This document shows positions 22,084-33,700 of a stretch of 64,000 bases of DNA, piece after piece. Made by a program: the position numbers and the translations under genes. Source of the DNA: an uncultured Planctomycetaceae bacterium (GTDB lineage: Bacteria > Planctomycetota > Planctomycetia > Planctomycetales > Planctomycetaceae); NCBI GenBank assembly GCA_963815195.1, contig CAWFGE010000013.1, forward strand, positions 1,056,001-1,120,000, given 5' to 3'. The notes beneath the pieces were generated by a model. That model had not been told where the DNA came from, searched no databases, and was given only the letters and a program-made list of their open reading frames with translations. Position 1 is the first letter of the stretch, and each line of letters opens with the position of its first letter.

Positions 22084-23493
22084 ATGATGGCGTACCGCAC
22101 GAATGACCTGCCTATGACCATCCGCCGTTACTCGCTCGGTTTGTGCGTGCTTATCGCCTGGGCTTCGATCTCCGCCTTAGGCGCGGCTTCGGAACGGCGA
22201 ATGACGCCCATCGTGCGAGCGATCCAGCGCATCAAAAATTCCGCCGTCAACATCCACACCGAAAAAACCACCTACGGCGATTCCCTGTTCGCCCCCTCCA
22301 AAGGCCGCAAGGTCAATGGCATGGGAACCGGAGTGATCGTGGACGAGCGGGGCTACATCGCCACGAACTATCACGTCGTCAGCGGCGTCGATTCCATGCG
22401 GTGCACGCTTTACGACGGCAGCACCTTCATGGCCGAGGTCGTTTCGTTCGACAGCGAAAAAGACATCGCCATCATCAAAATCCAGCCGAGCCGCTCGCTC
22501 GACGTAATGCCCCTGGGCACCTCGTCGGATCTGATGCTGGGCGAAACCGTACTGGCTTTGGGCAATGCCTACGGCTACGAGCATTCCGTGACCGCGGGGA
22601 TCGTCAGTTCCCTCTCGCGGGACGTGGAGGTCAACGAAAAGCAATCGTACGAAAACCTGATCCAAACCGACGCCAGCATCAACCCGGGCAACAGCGGCGG
22701 TCCGCTGGTGAACCTCGACGGCGATGTGATCGGAATCAACGTGGCGATCCGGGCCGGCGCCCAGCGGATCGGGTTTGCGATCCCGATCGACGATGCCCGC
22801 CGGACCATCGCCAAACTGTTGAGCATTGAGCAGATCGACGGGACCTGGCATGGGGTGGTGGCCGAGGATATCAAAACCGCGGAAACGCAGGAACTCCACG
22901 TCCGCCGGATCCAACCCGACAGCCCGGCGGGGAAAGCCGGCCTCGCCCCCGGCGATGTGATCGTCAAAGCCGGGACGTTGGATGTTTCCGACGGCGTCGA
23001 TTGGGAACGGGCCTTGTTGGGCCGGCGGGCCGGCGAGAAAGTCCCCGTGCTCGTCGAGCGCGGCGGAAAGCAGGTGAAACTCGATCTGATGCTCGCCGCC
23101 TCCAAATCGCCGGGCGTTCCCGCCTTCGCCCAGAGCGTGGTTCCCGCGGCGGTGGATCATCCCGTCCGCGACAAGACCTGGACGCTGTTGGGTATGAACC
23201 TCTCCAAACTCGACGACGAGAACTCGATCATCCGCGGTTCGCGGTATCGCGGCGGGATGCGGATCACCGCCGTCCGCCCCGGCAGTCCGGCCGAGACCAA
23301 CGGCCTCCGCGAAGGCGATGTCCTTGTGGGCCTGCACATTTGGGAGACGGTCAACGCCGAAAACGTTTCCTATGTCCTCGATCACCCCGACTTGGGCAAA
23401 TTCTCGCCGCTCAAGTTTTACATCCTCCGCGGCGGCGAGACGTTGTACGGCCACCTGAGTCTGCTCGGCCGCCAACTCAGCCAGCACAACTGA
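22084..23493 (+). CDS. HtrA/DegP-like trypsin protease with two PDZ domains
   Basis: TNYHVV, DIAIIK, QTDASINPGNSGGPL. Confidence 0.92.
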   Translation: MMAYRTNDLPMTIRRYSLGLCVLIAWASISALGAASERRMTPIVRAIQRIKNSAVNIHTEKTTYGDSLFAPSKGRKVNGMGTGVIVDERGYIATNYHVVSGVDSMRCTLYDGSTFMAEVVSFDSEKDIAIIKIQPSRSLDVMPLGTSSDLMLGETVLALGNAYGYEHSVTAGIVSSLSRDVEVNEKQSYENLIQTDASINPGNSGGPLVNLDGDVIGINVAIRAGAQRIGFAIPIDDARRTIAKLLSIEQIDGTWHGVVAEDIKTAETQELHVRRIQPDSPAGKAGLAPGDVIVKAGTLDVSDGVDWERALLGRRAGEKVPVLVERGGKQVKLDLMLAASKSPGVPAFAQSVVPAAVDHPVRDKTWTLLGMNLSKLDDENSIIRGSRYRGGMRITAVRPGSPAETNGLREGDVLVGLHIWETVNAENVSYVLDHPDLGKFSPLKFYILRGGETLYGHLSLLGRQLSQHN

Positions 23494-23736
23494 AAACCGT
23501 TCGCTTCCACGCCGATTCAAACAGTCCGCGCAGCGACACGCCAGGGAAGGCTTGTCCGCTGCGTTTTTGTTTTTCGGATTTTGGGCGATCGAGTGGCCTG
23601 GGCGTTTTCCGTAGCGGCGGCTTTCGGCCGCCGAGATCGTCCCGCACTCCGCACTTTGGCCTCCCCAGCAGACCACTTGACGCTTTGCCGAACGAGCGGT
23701 ATCCTTAAAGTTGTCAGAATTAAAGGTGTTTGTGCG

Positions 23737-23802
23737 ATGAGTTCGATCATTTCCCGCAATTTGGCGCTGCTTCTTGGCCTGCTTCTACGTGGGAGGTCTT
23801 AG
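23737..23802 (+). CDS. leuL: Leucine leader peptide MSSIISRNLALLLGLLLRGRS
   Basis: 7 Leu codons within a 9-codon stretch, immediately upstream of leuA. Confidence 0.8.
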   Translation: MSSIISRNLALLLGLLLRGRS

Positions 23803-23872
23803 GGTCCGGCTCATACGCCAATCAGACGCATACCAAACCCTGAGACCAAATGTGTTGGTTTCAGGGTTTTTT
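23795..23872 (+). promoter_or_regulatory. Transcription attenuator (antiterminator plus terminator)
   Basis: Terminator AAACCCTGAGACCAA/TTGGTTTCAGGGTTT with T-run; GGTCTTAGGGT (23795-23805) can pair with ACCCTGAGACC (23837-23847). Confidence 0.8.
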
Positions 23873-23965
23873 GTTTGGACTTCGTAACAGAAAAAAATCG
23901 TCGGTTCTATTCGTTGTCATCATGGGGCTGACGCCCCACGCTCGCCTTTTTTTGGAGAGAATCCC

Positions 23966-25570
23966 ATGTCCGCCGAACCTGCTGAAGTTGTCCCGCGGGA
24001 AAAAATTACGATCTTCGACACCACGCTCCGCGACGGCGAGCAATCGCCCGGGTGCAGCATGAACACGGCGGAAAAGCTGGAAGTCGCCAAGGCCCTTGTG
24101 GAGTTGGGCGTGGACGTGATCGAGGCCGGGTTCCCGATCGCTTCGCCGGGGGATTTTGAAGCCGTGCAAAAGATCGCCCGCGAGTTCGGCGACCGCACGG
24201 TGATCTGCGGCCTGGCCCGCTGCCGGCCCGACGACATCGACCGGGCCTGGGCAGCCCTCCAAGATGCGGAGAAAAAACGCATTCACGTGTTCCTGGCGAC
24301 GAGTGCGATCCATCGCGAATTCAAACTCAAGATGGCCAAGGAAGAAATCGTGCGGACCACGATCGAGATGGTCAGCCGGGCCAAGGAGTATTGCGACAAC
24401 ATCGAGTTCTCCCCCGAAGATGCCGCCCGCACGGAGTTGGATTTTCTTTCGGAAGTCGTCGAGAAAGCCATCGACGCCGGGGCGACGACGGTGAACATTC
24501 CCGACACCGTCGGCTACGCGACGCCGAGCCAGTTCCGCCAGGTGATCGAGCATTTGAAAAACAACGTGCCCAACATCGACAAAGCCGTGATCAGCGCCCA
24601 CTGCCACAACGATTTGGGCCTCGCGGTCGCGAACAGCCTGGCCGCGGTCGAAGGCGGCGCCCGGCAGGTGGAGTGCACGATCAATGGCCTGGGCGAACGC
24701 GCGGGGAACGCGGCCCTCGAAGAAATCGTGATGGCGATCGAAACCCGCAAAGACTACTACGGCGTGACGACCAACATCAACACGCGAAAACTGTTCCCCA
24801 CAAGCAGCCTCGTGTCCAGCATTACCGGGATGAAGATCCAGCGCAACAAAGCCATCGTCGGCCAGAACGCCTTCGCCCACGAAGCGGGCATTCATCAGCA
24901 CGGCATTCTCCAGGAACGGACGACTTACGAAATCATGCGGCCCGATGATGTGGGCTTCGTCGGCACGAATCTCGTGTTGGGCAAGCACAGCGGTCGGCAC
25001 GCGTTTCGCGACCGCATCCAATCCTTGGGCCACACCTTGGATGAAGAGACGTTCCAGAAGGTGTTCGACGATTTCATCGCCCTCGCCGACAAGAAAAAGG
25101 AAATCTACGATTCCGACATCGTCGCCTTGATCGAAAACCGCATCGGCACCATGCCCCTCCGCTGGAAGATCGTCTCGGTGCATAGTTTTTCCGGCACGAA
25201 CACGATTCCCACCGCCACGGTGAAACTCCAGGACGAGGAAACCGGCGAGATCATCTGCGATGCCGCCATTGGCGACGGCCCGGTGGATGCGATGTTCCAC
25301 GCCGCCGAGCGCATGACAGGCATCGCCGCCCGCTTGGAAGATTACCGGGTCCAGAGCGTCTCCCGCGGCAAGGATGCGTTGGCGGAAGTCACGGTGGAAA
25401 TCTCCGTGGCCGGCCGGCGGCATCACGGCAAGAGCATCAGCACCGACACGATGGAAGCCAGCGCCCAGGCGTTTTTGAACGCCTTGAACAAAGCCGAAAC
25501 CAACACCGGCCCGCGGTTGCACCCGCAGAAAGAAGACACGCCTTCGGAGACCGCCCCCGCCACGCCATAA
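23966..25570 (+). CDS. leuA: 2-isopropylmalate synthase
   Basis: [38 protein letters not shown] regulatory domain. Confidence 0.97.
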   Translation: MSAEPAEVVPREKITIFDTTLRDGEQSPGCSMNTAEKLEVAKALVELGVDVIEAGFPIASPGDFEAVQKIAREFGDRTVICGLARCRPDDIDRAWAALQDAEKKRIHVFLATSAIHREFKLKMAKEEIVRTTIEMVSRAKEYCDNIEFSPEDAARTELDFLSEVVEKAIDAGATTVNIPDTVGYATPSQFRQVIEHLKNNVPNIDKAVISAHCHNDLGLAVANSLAAVEGGARQVECTINGLGERAGNAALEEIVMAIETRKDYYGVTTNINTRKLFPTSSLVSSITGMKIQRNKAIVGQNAFAHEAGIHQHGILQERTTYEIMRPDDVGFVGTNLVLGKHSGRHAFRDRIQSLGHTLDEETFQKVFDDFIALADKKKEIYDSDIVALIENRIGTMPLRWKIVSVHSFSGTNTIPTATVKLQDEETGEIICDAAIGDGPVDAMFHAAERMTGIAARLEDYRVQSVSRGKDALAEVTVEISVAGRRHHGKSISTDTMEASAQAFLNALNKAETNTGPRLHPQKEDTPSETAPATP

Positions 25571-25640
25571 CCCCAGGCGAGCGGGAGGCGTAAGCCTCCT
25601 GGTTTCGTTGAGTTTTCGATGGATTGCGACGACCCGAGGC

Positions 25641-26018
25641 TCAAGCCCGCTTCGCTTTCAAGGCGGCCACGGCTTCGTTGCGGTCTTTGTAGATCGTCCA
25701 CAACTGGTTGAGGTGGGTCACGTCGATGATCTCGGCACAGTAAGGCGTCAGGCCGCTCAGGCAGAACTCGCCGCCTTCCTGTTTGACGATGCGGTTCCAG
25801 GCCCGGAATAGAATCTCGATGAAGGCCGATCCGAAAAACTTGGTGTGCGAGAGGTCGAGCACCACCAGAGGGGGGTCCGCCGCCGCCACGCCGTCCAGGA
25901 TGATTTTTCGCATTTCCTCAAGCACGGCATCGTCGAGGTTCTCGTACTCGGGCCCCAACGCGATGATGGTCACGCCGTCTTGTTTCGTGATGCTTTGCGA
26001 ACTCTCGTGAGATGCCAT
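25641..26018 (-). CDS. STAS anti-sigma-factor antagonist
   Basis: VVLDLSHTKFFGSAFI. Confidence 0.85.
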   Translation of the reverse strand: MASHESSQSITKQDGVTIIALGPEYENLDDAVLEEMRKIILDGVAAADPPLVVLDLSHTKFFGSAFIEILFRAWNRIVKQEGGEFCLSGLTPYCAEIIDVTHLNQLWTIYKDRNEAVAALKAKRA

Positions 26019-26177
26019 GGGCCAACCACAACTGCGTAAAATTGGAAAACCGGGTCTGCAAAAGGGTTTCATATCCCCTGGGAGTTTATCCTAACAGGTT
26101 TTTCGGTGAAACGACAAACTTCGAAAAAGGCGGATTTTCATCATCCGGTTGGCCGCCCTCGTCCAGTTGTTTGAAAT

Positions 26178-26441
26178 GTGAGCGGTAGGCGCTAGCCTCC
26201 GGTTTCGATCAAGCGACGTCCCCAACATCAAGACCGGCGGCTAGCGCCGTACCGCTCACTCCGGTTTTATGAGCGGTAGGCGCTAGCCTCCGGTTTCGAT
26301 CAAGCGACGTCCCCAACATCAAGACCGGCGGCTAGCGCCGTACCGCTCACTCCGGTTTTATGAGCGGTAGGCGCTAGCCTCCGGTTTCGATCAAGCGACG
26401 TCCCCAACATCAAGACCGGCGGCTAGCGCCGTACCGCTCAC
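26178..26441. repeat. Three tandem 91-bp palindromic REP-like units
   Basis: TGAGCGGTAGGCGCTAGCC...GGCTAGCGCCGTACCGCTCA at 26179, 26270 and 26361. Confidence 0.95.
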
Positions 26442-26462
26442 GTTTGCGGGTGAAACACGTTC

Positions 26463-28454
26463 TTAGCCGCTTTGGTTGATGAAGCGGGCGAAGATGTCGC
26501 GGTTGACGGCGGCGTTGTCGTCGTGGAAATACGAAGAGTGGGCACATTGGGGGCTGAACCATTTGATCGGCCCCAGGCCGTATTGCTGGCAGCCGACGGG
26601 GTAGAGGTTCAGAAACTCCTGGTCCACGTCGAAGGGGTTTCCAGCGAGCGGGCCGCCCACGGCGTCGCATTGGGCGTCGAGATTGATCCACTCCACGACG
26701 TGCCGGGGTTTTCGGCCGTCGCGGAACGGCTCGTACAGCCATTTCTTCACTGGCCAGATGGAAAGGGCGCTGCCCACCGTGAACAGGTTCAGCACCCGCC
26801 CGTTCAAGAGAGCATCGTCGAGTTCCCGCAGCCCTTCGTAAGCCACGACCGTCCCCCAACTGTGGCTGATGATGTCCAGCCGGGCGCCGGCTTCTAAATG
26901 AGGCCGGACCACGCTGTGAAACCGGTCGAGGATTTGCCGGCGGGTATGGGGCTGCGTGAGATAGCGGGAAAAATCATCGGCACAACCCAAGCCGGGGATG
27001 CTCAATGCGCCGCGAGCCATGGCCTCCCGCGGCATGGCTTGGGGCACGGCATCTCGCTGCAAGGGGCCCGCCCCTTCGACGATCGCGCGTTCGCTCCGGT
27101 CTTGGAGAACCGCCTTGATCTCCGCCGCCACCTGGGCCGCCCGCTGGTCCTCCGCCCGCGAGCCGGCTTCCATCACCGCCCGATCATTGACGATGTCGCT
27201 CCAGTTGACTTCGTGCCGCTGGTGTTCCAGTTCATTTCGCAGCGGCAACGAGAGATAGGGACTCATCGCCTTCCACCACGGGTCCGAATAATGCGGCAGA
27301 TGCTCGCAAATCCCGTGCACATACACCAGATGCCGCTCGGCACCGCGCTCTGCCGCGGCCAGCGGCGCGCGGCCGGAACGAAAATAGCCGATCAATTCCT
27401 GCAGGAGTTGAATCAGCAATTCGTCCTTGGTCCCCGCAGGCTCCGCGCCGTTTGAGGGCGGCGACGGAGGCCGCGACGTGGATTCCTTAAACCGGAACAG
27501 CGGCCCTTGGGTGCCCGCGGGCTCCAACTGCGGCACTTGGGAGAAGGAATTGGACTGCATCCAATCTCGCACGGCCTTGATGAGTTGCTGGTGCCCGACA
27601 TCGCTTCCCTGGCTCTTCACCAAAGTGCAGAATCCGTGCGTGAAGGCCCCGCGGTAGGTTCCGCCGATATGGGCGTCGGCGCTGGTTTGATCGTTCCGGC
27701 AGCCCGCGAGCAGGACATGCTTCATTTCCTTTTCCGCATGCTCGCCCCGGACTTCCCCCGAATAAAATGCGCTGCGGACCGTCGCCTTTTTCGCGCGCTC
27801 GCGGATTTCGGGCGGCGGTTCCACAAAGCGGGCCAACACGGTTTGCCGCTCCGCGTCTTCTTGTTCTTCTTCGGTGTCCGTGGAAGCCAGCGACAACGCC
27901 CGCAGACCCGCCTCGCCGCCGCCGGCCCGCGCGTGGGTGTCGCGAATAATCTCCAGTGGCAGCTTCTCCGCCACCAACTCGGCCGAACGCAGCGAACCCG
28001 GCGGCACGAGGACCCGCGTGCCGGTGCCGGAATGGCAGGAATCCAAAATCACGGTGAGCAAGACGCCTTCCGGGACTTCGTGCGTCATTTCCCACAACTC
28101 ATCGTCCAGCAGATAGCTTTCCGCATCGTCCCAGTCCATGTCGTAGAGACACAAGAGTTCGTCCCGGTGGTCGTCTTCCTCGTCGCCGTCCTGATCGACG
28201 GTGTAAGAGCCGTGGCCGGAAAAGTGAAACACGAGCCGATCGCCGGGCTTGGCCCCGCGCAACAACCATTTCCAGCCGCTTTTGATCTCGTCCTTTGTGA
28301 CGCGGTTGTCGGTCCGCGTGCGAATGTTGGTCTTCGAGAAGCCGAACTCCTCCACGAGCAGCGATTCCATTTCCGCCACATCGTTCACGCAGCCACGCAG
28401 GTCGCTCACGTATTTGTAGTTGTTAATTCCATTGAGGAATGCCTTGTCGGTCAT
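26463..28454 (-). CDS. Caspase-like (C14) protease fused to an alpha/beta-hydrolase domain
   Basis: LRGCVND, FSGHG, DSCHSG; C-terminal VHGI, SHSWG, DAVGG, AHSSY. Confidence 0.85.
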   Translation of the reverse strand: MTDKAFLNGINNYKYVSDLRGCVNDVAEMESLLVEEFGFSKTNIRTRTDNRVTKDEIKSGWKWLLRGAKPGDRLVFHFSGHGSYTVDQDGDEEDDHRDELLCLYDMDWDDAESYLLDDELWEMTHEVPEGVLLTVILDSCHSGTGTRVLVPPGSLRSAELVAEKLPLEIIRDTHARAGGGEAGLRALSLASTDTEEEQEDAERQTVLARFVEPPPEIRERAKKATVRSAFYSGEVRGEHAEKEMKHVLLAGCRNDQTSADAHIGGTYRGAFTHGFCTLVKSQGSDVGHQQLIKAVRDWMQSNSFSQVPQLEPAGTQGPLFRFKESTSRPPSPPSNGAEPAGTKDELLIQLLQELIGYFRSGRAPLAAAERGAERHLVYVHGICEHLPHYSDPWWKAMSPYLSLPLRNELEHQRHEVNWSDIVNDRAVMEAGSRAEDQRAAQVAAEIKAVLQDRSERAIVEGAGPLQRDAVPQAMPREAMARGALSIPGLGCADDFSRYLTQPHTRRQILDRFHSVVRPHLEAGARLDIISHSWGTVVAYEGLRELDDALLNGRVLNLFTVGSALSIWPVKKWLYEPFRDGRKPRHVVEWINLDAQCDAVGGPLAGNPFDVDQEFLNLYPVGCQQYGLGPIKWFSPQCAHSSYFHDDNAAVNRDIFARFINQSG

Positions 28455-28580
28455 GGGAATCGCCTTTCTTTCAGGGTGAAGTATCGAAGACAGGTTTATT
28501 GATCGGTTCGCTCTGATGAAAACCGGGGCTAGCGCCCTTCGGCTGATTTTTCGATACGAGGCCGACTCACCGGACACCGC

Positions 28581-30560
28581 CTAAACCGATTGCAGTGCCC
28601 GAAGGATGTCGAGCATTCCATGCCCTTGGAAGTATTTCTCCCGGCCCAGGTCGGTGGCCGTTTCGCAGAGGATTTTCTTGATGATCTCGGGCTTGCCGAT
28701 GAACTCCGGATAGCGGGCCATCAACAAAGCCGCGGCCCCGCTGACGTGCGGGGCCGCCATGCTGGTCCCATCTTGCAGCAATTGCCGCTTCCCCGGGATG
28801 CAGGAGTTGATCTTCTCGCCCGGAGCGACCAGGTCGGGTTTCAAGCGGCCGTCGCCAGTGGGACCGCGGCTCGAAAAATAACTCACGCCGTAAGTGTGCG
28901 GGCGATGGCGATGGGTCGAACCGACGGTGATCACCGCATCGGCGTTGCCGGGGTCGGTGATGGACACCGTCCGAAACGCGGGCAGCGGATGGTAGCTGTC
29001 TTCGGCCTGGTAGCCGTCGTTGCCGGCCGCCGCCACCACGACAATCCCCTCGCCCACCAGCCGCGCGCACTCGTTGCAGACGGGCGTGCTGCCGCAGGCG
29101 TAATTGGCGACTTCGTGCTTGATCGACAGGCTCAGATTCACCCCGTGCACCTTGCGGACGGTGCTCTCGCCGTTTAAGTGCCGAAGAAATTGGAGTGCCG
29201 CCATCACGGTGAACTCATCGCCGCCCCCATGCTGGTCGAACACCCGCAGATCCAGCAGGTTGAGATCGGGGCAAATGCCCTGGAGGACCACGTCTCTATT
29301 TTCCCGCCAATCGCCGGCGAGAATGCCCGAAACGTGCGTGCCGTGGCCGCCGTTGGGGACGGGGTAGTGCTCATCGTAAGCCACTTGAATCAAAGGCCGC
29401 ACGAGGTCCCAATCCAACGTCCGACCGCTTTGCAAACTTTCGCGAAGCGCATCGCGGATTTCCGGATGCGTTTTCAGCCGCTGTTTGAGGTCTTCGGGAA
29501 AGTTCGATTGGTCTTCCTGATCCAAGGACAAGAGCGCGCGGATTTGTCCGAAATCATAAGTCGCCCGGACGCGGGATCGCTCCGGCCAGTCCATCGCGTC
29601 CAGTGTCTCTTCGTCCGCCGCGAGCGGGGCGTGGCGATAAAACGCCGGGTGCGTGGCATCGATTCCGTTGTCCACAACCGCCCAGGTCAACGGTTCGCAG
29701 CAGACCGCGAACAACCGGCGGGCGGCATCCGCCTTCACGGCCATCGCGGAATACTTGACCGCCGACTCCACGGAGCGGTTCAAACTCACCTGGGCGATTT
29801 TGGGGAGTTCCTTTTGATTGGGCGTGACGTCGATGTCCGTCAACAGACGGGCCGTAGCCTGGGCAATTTTTTCGTAATAAGCGACGCACCGCTGAAACAG
29901 CTCTTCGGTGGTTTCGCCCGTCTGACGCACCGGCGGCGGCCAGAGCCGATCGAACGCGTTCTGCCGCGACCGGACCGTCTTCTTGGCATAGACCGTCCAG
30001 TGCAGCTCGGCGATGGTGCCGATGACCCTCGCCATCCATAACACATCGTAGGAGACCTCGTGCCGGCGGTTGATCCCCAGGTCGATTTCCGCGAGCCATT
30101 CCGCCAGGTTGTGTTGGCCTTCGCCTGTATGAATCAAGTCGGCATCACGCCCCAAGGGCCCGCGGATTTCCTGTTGCCAGCGCTCGGTTTGAGGCAAGAC
30201 GACGCGGACGAGTTCGTCAAAGTCCATCCGGGCGGTGACGGCGAAGTGATGGCACGCCAACTCGCGGGGGCGGTCCTCCGAACGCGGCCAATCGGGATGC
30301 CGGGCCCGGTCGCTGTTTAACGCCTCGCGGAGATAGGCCGCCAATTGAAACGCCGCCGGCGCGCCGATTTCCGACTGGTCGGGAGTGATCAGCAAATCGA
30401 CCATCCGGCGGGGAACGGCCGGTTTTCCCGGCAGCGACGTTTTCGGGGCTTGCTCGGCGTAGGCCATCCACACGTCCGACAGTACGGGAAAGTCCTGCGT
30501 AAACCGCGTCGCCGGCCCGCTGGCATAAAGCAGGTTTCGGAGATCTTCACGACTCAACAT
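28581..30560 (-). CDS. S8 subtilase with long N-terminal extension
   Basis: VDNGID, HGTHVSG, AAGN, GTSMAAP; no signal peptide. Confidence 0.9.
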   Translation of the reverse strand: MLSREDLRNLLYASGPATRFTQDFPVLSDVWMAYAEQAPKTSLPGKPAVPRRMVDLLITPDQSEIGAPAAFQLAAYLREALNSDRARHPDWPRSEDRPRELACHHFAVTARMDFDELVRVVLPQTERWQQEIRGPLGRDADLIHTGEGQHNLAEWLAEIDLGINRRHEVSYDVLWMARVIGTIAELHWTVYAKKTVRSRQNAFDRLWPPPVRQTGETTEELFQRCVAYYEKIAQATARLLTDIDVTPNQKELPKIAQVSLNRSVESAVKYSAMAVKADAARRLFAVCCEPLTWAVVDNGIDATHPAFYRHAPLAADEETLDAMDWPERSRVRATYDFGQIRALLSLDQEDQSNFPEDLKQRLKTHPEIRDALRESLQSGRTLDWDLVRPLIQVAYDEHYPVPNGGHGTHVSGILAGDWRENRDVVLQGICPDLNLLDLRVFDQHGGGDEFTVMAALQFLRHLNGESTVRKVHGVNLSLSIKHEVANYACGSTPVCNECARLVGEGIVVVAAAGNDGYQAEDSYHPLPAFRTVSITDPGNADAVITVGSTHRHRPHTYGVSYFSSRGPTGDGRLKPDLVAPGEKINSCIPGKRQLLQDGTSMAAPHVSGAAALLMARYPEFIGKPEIIKKILCETATDLGREKYFQGHGMLDILRALQSV

Positions 30561-30715
30561 GCAAACGCACCATCCGGGAGAAAAACCGCGCGAAGAAGAT
30601 CCATCTGCCACCCGCGCAGAACTTCTCCGCGAGTACAGGAATAACGATTGTTGATTGATGTCTAGCGAGGGGTAAACGAGCGGGGACTCGCGTACTTCTC
30701 AGGAGGACTCCGGCG

Positions 30716-33700
30716 TCAGTGTCCGCCTAAGCCGGTGTCGCGATCCGTCCGCGGCTTTTCAGTCTTTTCTGGAGTTGCCTTCGTGTCGCCGTCGTTGTTT
30801 CCATTTTGTTCGTGGCTTTTTCCATTGTGACCCCCGGCTGGTCCAGGATGTTGCTGTTTAAGGAATTCTTTGATGTCTCTCTGTCGGAAAAACTTTTTGA
30901 CTTCTTTTACCTGTCGTCCATATTGGTCGAGGATTTTGCAGAGAAACCCTTTGATGTCGACATCCTCTTCCCGGCGGAAGTGTTCAATCAACATCATGCA
31001 TAATTGCCGGCGTTCGCCGCGCGTCAGCCGGTTGCTTTTTGGAGTTTCCGCGAGGCTTTCCATATAGTTGGCGATGACGAAACAAACCGACATGCGAAGC
31101 TGCGGGTCTTCCTGATTCAGCCCGTCTTGGAGCGCGTGCAGCTTTTCACAAAACGGCACCGCTTGGTCAAGCAGTTCCCGGATCCCGTCGACATAAGCCT
31201 CCGGATCCGGTTCCGGAGCGGGCGCGGGGCCGGCCGGTTGGGGTTGGCCTTGCGCTCCGCCCGCGCGATCGCCTTTTGGGGCTTCTTCCGAAACGGTCGG
31301 ACGCCAATACGCCAGCCAGGGGGAAATCAACTCGCGTCCGCATGTTTGATCCTGCTCGGCAGCCTGAATGGCGGACGCTTTGAACAAGTGCTCCCAAACC
31401 TCCTCGCCGATGTGCTCGCCCAATCGGCGATAGCTCTCGAACTTATGCGAATCGAAAAACTGATCGTACGTCGGATCGTGCGGGAACACGGGATTGTCAT
31501 TGCGGTATTGCACCACGTCGGCCGGTTCGTCCCCGTCAAACGACGGCTTGACGTAAATCAAATAGCCAATCTCCGAATCTGCGAGTCCCGCCTCGTCGGA
31601 GAAGCGGTCCTTCGGATAATGAATCGCCGCGACCACGTAATGCGAGCGCAAGGCCCTTTTTGCGGCCTTCCTTTTTGTGCTGGAGCAGTTCCAAGGGAAT
31701 TCGATTGCGATCAAACGGGTTCGGACCGGCGGACGTCGCGGCATCCTGGCTGGGTTTAAAACGAACCCCGGAAAACACTCGGCCGAATTCCGTCCGCTGA
31801 TTCTCCACGAGCGCCAAGAGGTCGTGGAAATGGCAGTCTTCATCCTGGCTGGCATCCACGGCGATAATCACCCGGCAGCGCCGGTGCATCAGGCTCGCGA
31901 TTCCCGTGTTGTCCGCGAGGCCGCCGTCCGTCACAAAACAGTAGTTGTAATATCTGGGATCGCGGAGCAGCATGTCTCTCAGCAAAGGCAGCGGCGCGGG
32001 CGGGAAGGGGGAGGCGGATTCCCGCGCGGGATTGGGCACCCATTCGCCCAGCCGAAAATTGGCGAGCAGCAACAGCACGCGGACCAGCGGATTGGGCGAG
32101 ACGATTGGACTGACCGCCGCCCCGGACACCGCCATGGCATCGGTGAGATTGATCCCGCCGTCAAATTCATCCGTCGGGATAAACCCCGTCCGATGCGAAC
32201 CGCAGAACTTGGGCGAGAAAACGAAGAGTTCGCGATCGTGCGGGCTGCCAAATTGGTACAGCGTGGCATTGATGACGTGATAGGGAAACCCGCGGGACAC
32301 GGTGTCCACATCGTCCATCCGGGCGTGGCGGCCGGACTTCCCGACAGGATTCACCCACACCGACGCCAGTTGCTCGCGGTAATAGGAGTGAATGGAAATT
32401 CCATTCAGCGGCAAAAGGATTCCCAGGAACAGGCAGATCAACCCGAACCCGCCCGCCAACATCAGCCGGAACCTTTGGTCCGCATCCAAGACGACGTAGG
32501 AAAAGATGACGTCGTAAGAGCGGAGATCTTTGCCGTAATGCGATAAGAGGAGGTCCCAGTTGTTTTTGCGGATCGCGGATTCCAAGCCAGTCAATTGATT
32601 CAATTTGCTTTCCGCAGTCTCGCGTTTCCCGTCGTCCGCGTCGGGATCATCGACCTGTTCCCGAAGGCTTTTAATCTCTTGAACCAAAGCGTCGGCCTGC
32701 GTTGTCTTTCCAACAAGGCGCGAGTTGAGTGCCGGATTCTTTTTAAACTCCGACCTGGCGGCCGATTCGAGATCCTTGGCATGTTCGATCAACCCGAGAA
32801 ATTTCTCATCTCGCTTTTTCCCGTTGCTGTCTTTGGCCAGGTCAAAGTAGCGGTACATGCCGGGATCGGAGAGGCACACCCGATTGATTCGATCGATAAA
32901 GTGCTCTCGCCAGCGGAGCAATCGCCGCCGTTCTTCGACCCGCTCGCCGAACGTGAAAGGATTCCACATCCGCGCGGCGATGACCGGGTTCCATACTCGC
33001 CACATCGTTTGCTCTTTGGTCCGGTTGTCGATGCCTTCGGACAGCAAAATCGAATTCTGAATGGTCTCGGCGTTTGGTTTCTCCGAAGTTTTTTCGTCTC
33101 CTCCCACAACGTCCCAGAGGTGGCGGCTGATTCCGTTGTGAATCGGCGGATTGGCCTTCCATCCCAAGAGCTTTTTCAAGTTCTCCCTCGCGACGACCAA
33201 CGCATTGTCCGGATCTTCGGCTCGATCACCCGCGGCTTCCCGTTCCACCCGCCTCCAAAACTCATGCCATTTGGTCACGGAAGGCTTCGCCATCAAATAC
33301 CGGTCGTCCCGCCTGTCCTGATAGCCCGAGATATTTTCCCGGCAAATCAGACCGAAGATCACAAGCGGGATCCCGAACAGCAACGCGCGGCTGGCGATAT
33401 GGAAAATCCATTTGTCCTTGGCCGTGCTGTGGGGATCGGTCCCGCTGCGAATTAAAGCCGACGGGCGAAAATAAGGAATTAAGGACGCAATCACGCCACC
33501 CACGGCGATCTGGCTGATCAAACTCATCCAGTCCGTCGCTTTTTCCCTGGCGTTGACAATCGACTGGCTGGAGTCCAACAAAGGCATCGACGGATCAGCG
33601 ACCGTCAGCAAACTCGCCACCGCCATGAAGATCGAAGCCACTAAAAGCAGAAACACCGCTCTGTTGATTTGCTGCCAGCGGCCTTCTGTCTTCAGGTCGC

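Noticed and set aside
26178..26441. CRISPR array
   Set aside because: The intervening sequences are identical, the units are long palindromes, and there are no cas genes
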